From Sminthopsis crassicaudata (taxonomy: Eukaryota), in contig NC_133621.1 of NCBI RefSeq assembly GCF_048593235.1, positions 187,943,238-188,007,237 of the forward strand: a stretch of 64,000 nt of DNA, in the 5' to 3' direction. This document shows, in pieces, positions 60,028-64,000 of this stretch. Under the pieces are notes generated by a model. It saw only the letters and a program-made list of their open reading frames with translations, had not been told where the DNA came from and did not search any database. The translations under genes were made by a program, and so were the position numbers. Position 1 is the first letter of the stretch. Each line of letters begins with the position of its first letter.

Positions 60028-63000
60028 ATGTCCAGCTTCTCAGGATCTATCAAATCCACAAGCATATGGTGAGTGGTCAAGAAACCTGAGGGATATTTTT
60101 CCCTCTATTTGTGTTCTTTCTATCTCCTCTGGGAATTTGTCCCACTGATCATTTTCTCTCACATTCTGCCTTTCTCCCTTCTTTTCTTCTCATTCTTTCC
60201 TCTTCCCCTTTCTTTTCTTCTCTCTCCCTCTCTTCATTTCCCCACATCTCTTTAGTTTTTCTATATTTTCTTCTTCCCAGGGGCCTATGAAAATTCCCAA
60301 GATTCCTCTAACAGTTCAGTTCAATAAGCATGTATTACAAACACTATATGCTAGCATTATTCCCTACATTCAAGGAGTTTGTTTTTTACAGATTTTTTTT
60401 TTTTTAACTGTAGTAAAAAAAAAAAATCCTGGATTTGGAGTAAAAATACAGGTTTAAATTCCTGGCCTATGGTGACTACTTATATGACTTTGGTCAAGTT
60501 AATTAACTTCTCTGGGCCTCAGTTTCCTCATCTATAAAATATGAAGAGCCAGTTCTCAATCCATGATCCTATGATCTGAAAAGGCAGTGTCAGTAGCTAG
60601 CCCTAGTCCTATTGTAGATAGTTGCCCATTCACCATCCTCTGCTTCCCAGAATGTAGCTTCCTTCTCTGTCCACACTACTATATAAGTGCTGTTTTCCCA
60701 ATCAGAGGTAAGCTCCTTTAAGGTGGGAACTTCTGTATTTGCATCCCTGGCATTTGCCATGGGGCAGCTAGGTAGTACAATGGATAGAGGGCTAGACCTG
60801 GAATCAGGAAAGTTCCTCTTTGTGGATTTAAATCCAGCCTCAGACACTTATTAACTGTGTGATCCTGAGCAAGCAGGGTTAAATACCCTGTCTCAATTCC
60901 TCATCTATAAAATGAGTAGAGAAGGAAATGGCAAACCATTCCATTATCTCTGTTAAGAAAACCCCAAATAGTGTCACAAAGCATCAGACATAACTGAAAA
61001 TAACTGAACAACAAATACTACAATGCAATGCTTAATAGATACATTTCATTTGTTGTGTAAGAAGAATTATCTTTGTGACTTTTTTTTTTTTTTTGAAGAG
61101 TGACTTAATTGATCTAAGGGATTCCTGGTAAGAAAACTCTACTGATGCTGAATGGTGTCTGTTGAAATTTATAATTTTAAAGGAGTAGCTAGGTGGTGCA
61201 GTAGATAGGGCTCATCCCTAGAGTCACAAGGACCTGAGTTACCCACCGTGCCCCAAAAGAAAAGGAAATTTATAATCTTAGAGAGTTTCCTGGGGACACT
61301 GAGTGGTTCAGTAACTTATTCAGGGTCATATAGTCTGTATATATCAGAAACAGGATTGACCTGATTTCATGGCAACTCCTAGGTTGTCCCTCTATTCAGT
61401 ATGCCACATTAATTTCAGGTAACCTTATCTTTCAAAAATATGTCATGTACCTTGATGGTTGTATATGCCTTCTCATCACCACAGCCTTCCTTCTCTCAAA
61501 TAATCATATATCTTACTTGGGTTTCGATCTAGGATCATAGGATCACCATATTATAAATATATAGCTGTAAGACACTGCAGTGGCCATTTAGTTCATCCCT
61601 CTCATCTTATGTTATGTGGGTCCATGTTATACTTTTCCAATAGAGTGTAAGGTCTTGGAGGGCAAAGACTGTTATTTTTTTTACTTACATTTTCATTTCC
61701 TTCCTAATAATGATCACTTAAATGTTTGTTGAATTAAATATAAGGTCTGAATTTTACTTTTTTTCATCCGCTTGAGAGAGCCTGATCTTGCCATAAGTCA
61801 ATAGAAATGCTTAGAGATTTGACATCTAAGGAGTCTTGAGTGTTAACTATTTTTTCTGACCTTTTCTTCTTTCTATCATGATGCTAGCTATCCTTATCTT
61901 TTTCCTATTCTCTGTGATATCACTTGCTTCCTAGTTATTCTCAAGATAAAATTCACCCCATGGCACATAGGTCATCTCTCTGTGTCTTTTTTCTAGGTGT
62001 ATTGTCTTGTTTGCAGTCCTGGCATGGGCGGAGGAGACCTCCATGTATGGGGAAATTTTGTCCCCTAACTATCCCCAGGCATACCCCAACAATGCACATA
62101 AAACCTGGAAGATCACAGTTCCTGATGGGTATGGCATCCGTCTCTATTTCACTCATCTGGACATGGAGTTATCAGCCAACTGCGAGTATGATTTTGTGAA
62201 GGTATTGTATAAGTACAGATGGACCTGAGACTAAGGGCTTGGAGCAGGGAAGTAGAGGGAGAGATTGGAAAATATAGGAACAATGTGGGGAAGGAAATCT
62301 GGTTCTTCTTCCTTCTCTGTCAAGGTCCAGCCTAGCTCCTCTGAAGAATTCAGAATAAGTCCTTGCCCCACGTTGGGCGCCAAAATGTAATGTCCTGTCG
62401 CCTCTCAATTGTAATCCTTCTTTGGGAGGAGGTTTCTTTTCTGTATAATCTTTTTCTCTGTGAGCAGGTTTCTTGGGAGGCTTCTGGAGCCTTTCCCTCC
62501 AAAAGTGTGGGATGGCTGGACTTGCGAATCCACGGGACGTCTTCTCTTTGACTCAATCCAGAATGCCGTCCAAACTCAATGTCCCAGTCTAGACTGCTCT
62601 TCAGACTCAATGTTGCCTTCTTTTATCCTCAAAGAGAATGGGCTTGTTAAGAACTCCTACAGCCAAAGAACTTAGTCCTTTTAAAGGTGTAAACTCCTTT
62701 AAATATGTAAACTCCTTTTCAGAAGTCTAAGGTGTAAACTCCTTTTAAAGGTTTGAACTAAAGGTGTGAATTCTGAGCTAGAGAATTGTTTAGACAACCT
62801 GAGTTATCACCTTGTAATCCTAACACTTCTCCTTATTCCAAGGCCTTATATCAGAATATTTCCTAGTCTTTGATTCCCTACTTCTGTATCTGTTTCAAAT
62901 CCTCTTCATAGATCATGTCCGGAGACCATGTGGAAGGAGTACTGTGTGGGCAGAAGAGTAGTAAGAACCCCAGTTCTCCAATAGTGAAGGAGTACTATGT

Positions 63001-63885
63001 ACCATATAGGAGTCTGGACGTGATCTTTGAATCAGACTTCTCGAATGAAGAGCGCTTCACAGGATTTGCTGCTTATTATGTTGCCATAGGTATGGCCAAA
63101 TATCTTCCCATTAATGTCTTTTTGGAATGTTCCAACTTTAATGTCTGAATTAGGAAGGAATTAATAACAAGTTTATGAATTAGGATTCTATTCCTAATTT
63201 TTATGAAAGAAAATCGTTAGTGCCATTTCCATTACTCCCATTGGTATGTGAAAGTTTTGACTTAGTTTGAGTTTCTGCTGTGAGACACAAGTTTGACATG
63301 TACTTGGAAAATTCTAATATGTTTTCATATAAGGTACTTGCCATTGAGACATTTAAAATTTTTGTTAAAAAATAAGTTATTATTTTATCATACCAATAAA
63401 TTTGCTACACATGCTTTTCTACTACAGACTTTAACAGGGTATCTGATTTTTAGGATATCATTTTTAGTGTTAGATGTTTCTTTCTGAAAGATATTTTGAA
63501 ATCTAAAGGTCCCAGACATTGTAAACTTATTCATCCTGTGCTGTATAAGTTCTTATCCCTGAAAAACTTAGTAATATGAATTAAGACAGTAATAGTATGC
63601 AGAGTGTGGAGCCCATGATATCAAAGAGCATGCAGAGTAGTTTTACTAAAGCTCAAAAGCAATATCCCTTCCTGCTCTGCAGGGTCTAATTTTAGTTAAA
63701 CTTTATTCTCTTATATACATCTCCATTTCCAACTTAACATCCTCTCTTCCTATTTTCAGATATAAATGAGTGCACAGACTTTAACGATATCCCTTGTAGC
63801 CATTTCTGCAACAACTTCATTGGTGGTTACTTTTGCTCCTGCCCTCCGGAGTACTTCCTCCATGATGACATGAAAAATTGTGGAG
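60028..63885 (+). CDS. C1S: Complement C1s subcomponent, 5' part (signal peptide, CUB1, Ca-binding EGF); continues beyond the window
   Basis: Exons (+): 60028-60068 (proposed start exon, about 59994-60068), 61997-62201, 62912-63089, 63760-63885. ...[31 protein letters not shown]...[13 protein letters not shown]|IMSGD...[19 protein letters not shown]|[42 protein letters not shown]. The start codon is less certain than the exons. Confidence 0.93.
60761..61015 (+). mobile_element. Mar1-type CORE-SINE with Bov-B/RTE-like tail
   Basis: ggggcagctaggtagtacaatggatagag head, CORE ttcctcatctataaaatgag, tail gaaggaaatggcaaaccattcc...aactgaacaacaaa. Confidence 0.8.
62318..62825 (-). mobile_element. ERV2 (beta-like) LTR element with embedded tRNA-Lys PBS, 6-bp TSD, in a C1S intron
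   Basis: TGT...ACA termini. TSD CTTCTC at 62312-62317 and 62826-62831. TGGCGCCCAACGTGGGGC on - at 62382-62365. Tandem aggtgtaaactccttt repeats at about 62683-62760. Confidence 0.8.
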
Positions 63886-64000
63886 GTGAGCCATTCATCC
63901 ATCTATCCATTCATTCGACAATGGTAATCACCTGAGGTGCAGGAAGCATGAGTGGGGAAATTTGTTTATACCACCAGTTTAACCCTTATAGTTATCCTTG

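Noticed and set aside
1-64000. CRISPR arrays, rRNA genes, prokaryotic operons
   Set aside because: None seen. The sequence is intron-containing mammalian DNA with no regularly spaced repeat-spacer array.

Overview
This is mammalian genomic DNA, almost certainly an Australian marsupial and probably a dasyurid (inferred from WSINE1/Mar1-type SINEs, marsupial L1 3' ends, RTE LINEs and an OC1-like hAT MITE). It is syntenic to human 12p13.31. Gene order: miR-200c/miR-141 cluster (+, 4.75-5.26 kb); PHB2 (-, 10 coding exons, 299 aa, with a 6-nt microexon and an AT-AC U12-type intron that hosts SCARNA12/U89); a bidirectional CpG-island promoter; EMG1 (+, 6 exons, 244 aa); LPCAT3 (-, 12 coding exons, 488 aa, 22-kb TE-rich intron 1); and the 5' part of complement C1S (+, signal peptide, CUB1 and EGF exons; the gene runs off the window). 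All exon chains were assembled by hand and keep frame. Most notable observations: apparent start-codon turnover in C1S (ancestral ATG now ATA, with an upstream in-frame ATG); a scaRNA filling most of a minor intron whose 5' splice site departs from consensus; strong AT-to-GC drift in an L1 copy beside the miR-200c CpG island; tandem LXRE-like DR4 sites upstream of LPCAT3; convergent 3' ends with coincident poly(A) signals; and an ERV2-type LTR carrying an internal perfect tRNA-Lys PBS. No CRISPR, rRNA or tRNA genes were found. I found no wholly new multi-gene system. Repeat family names and human comparisons are from memory and need database confirmation.
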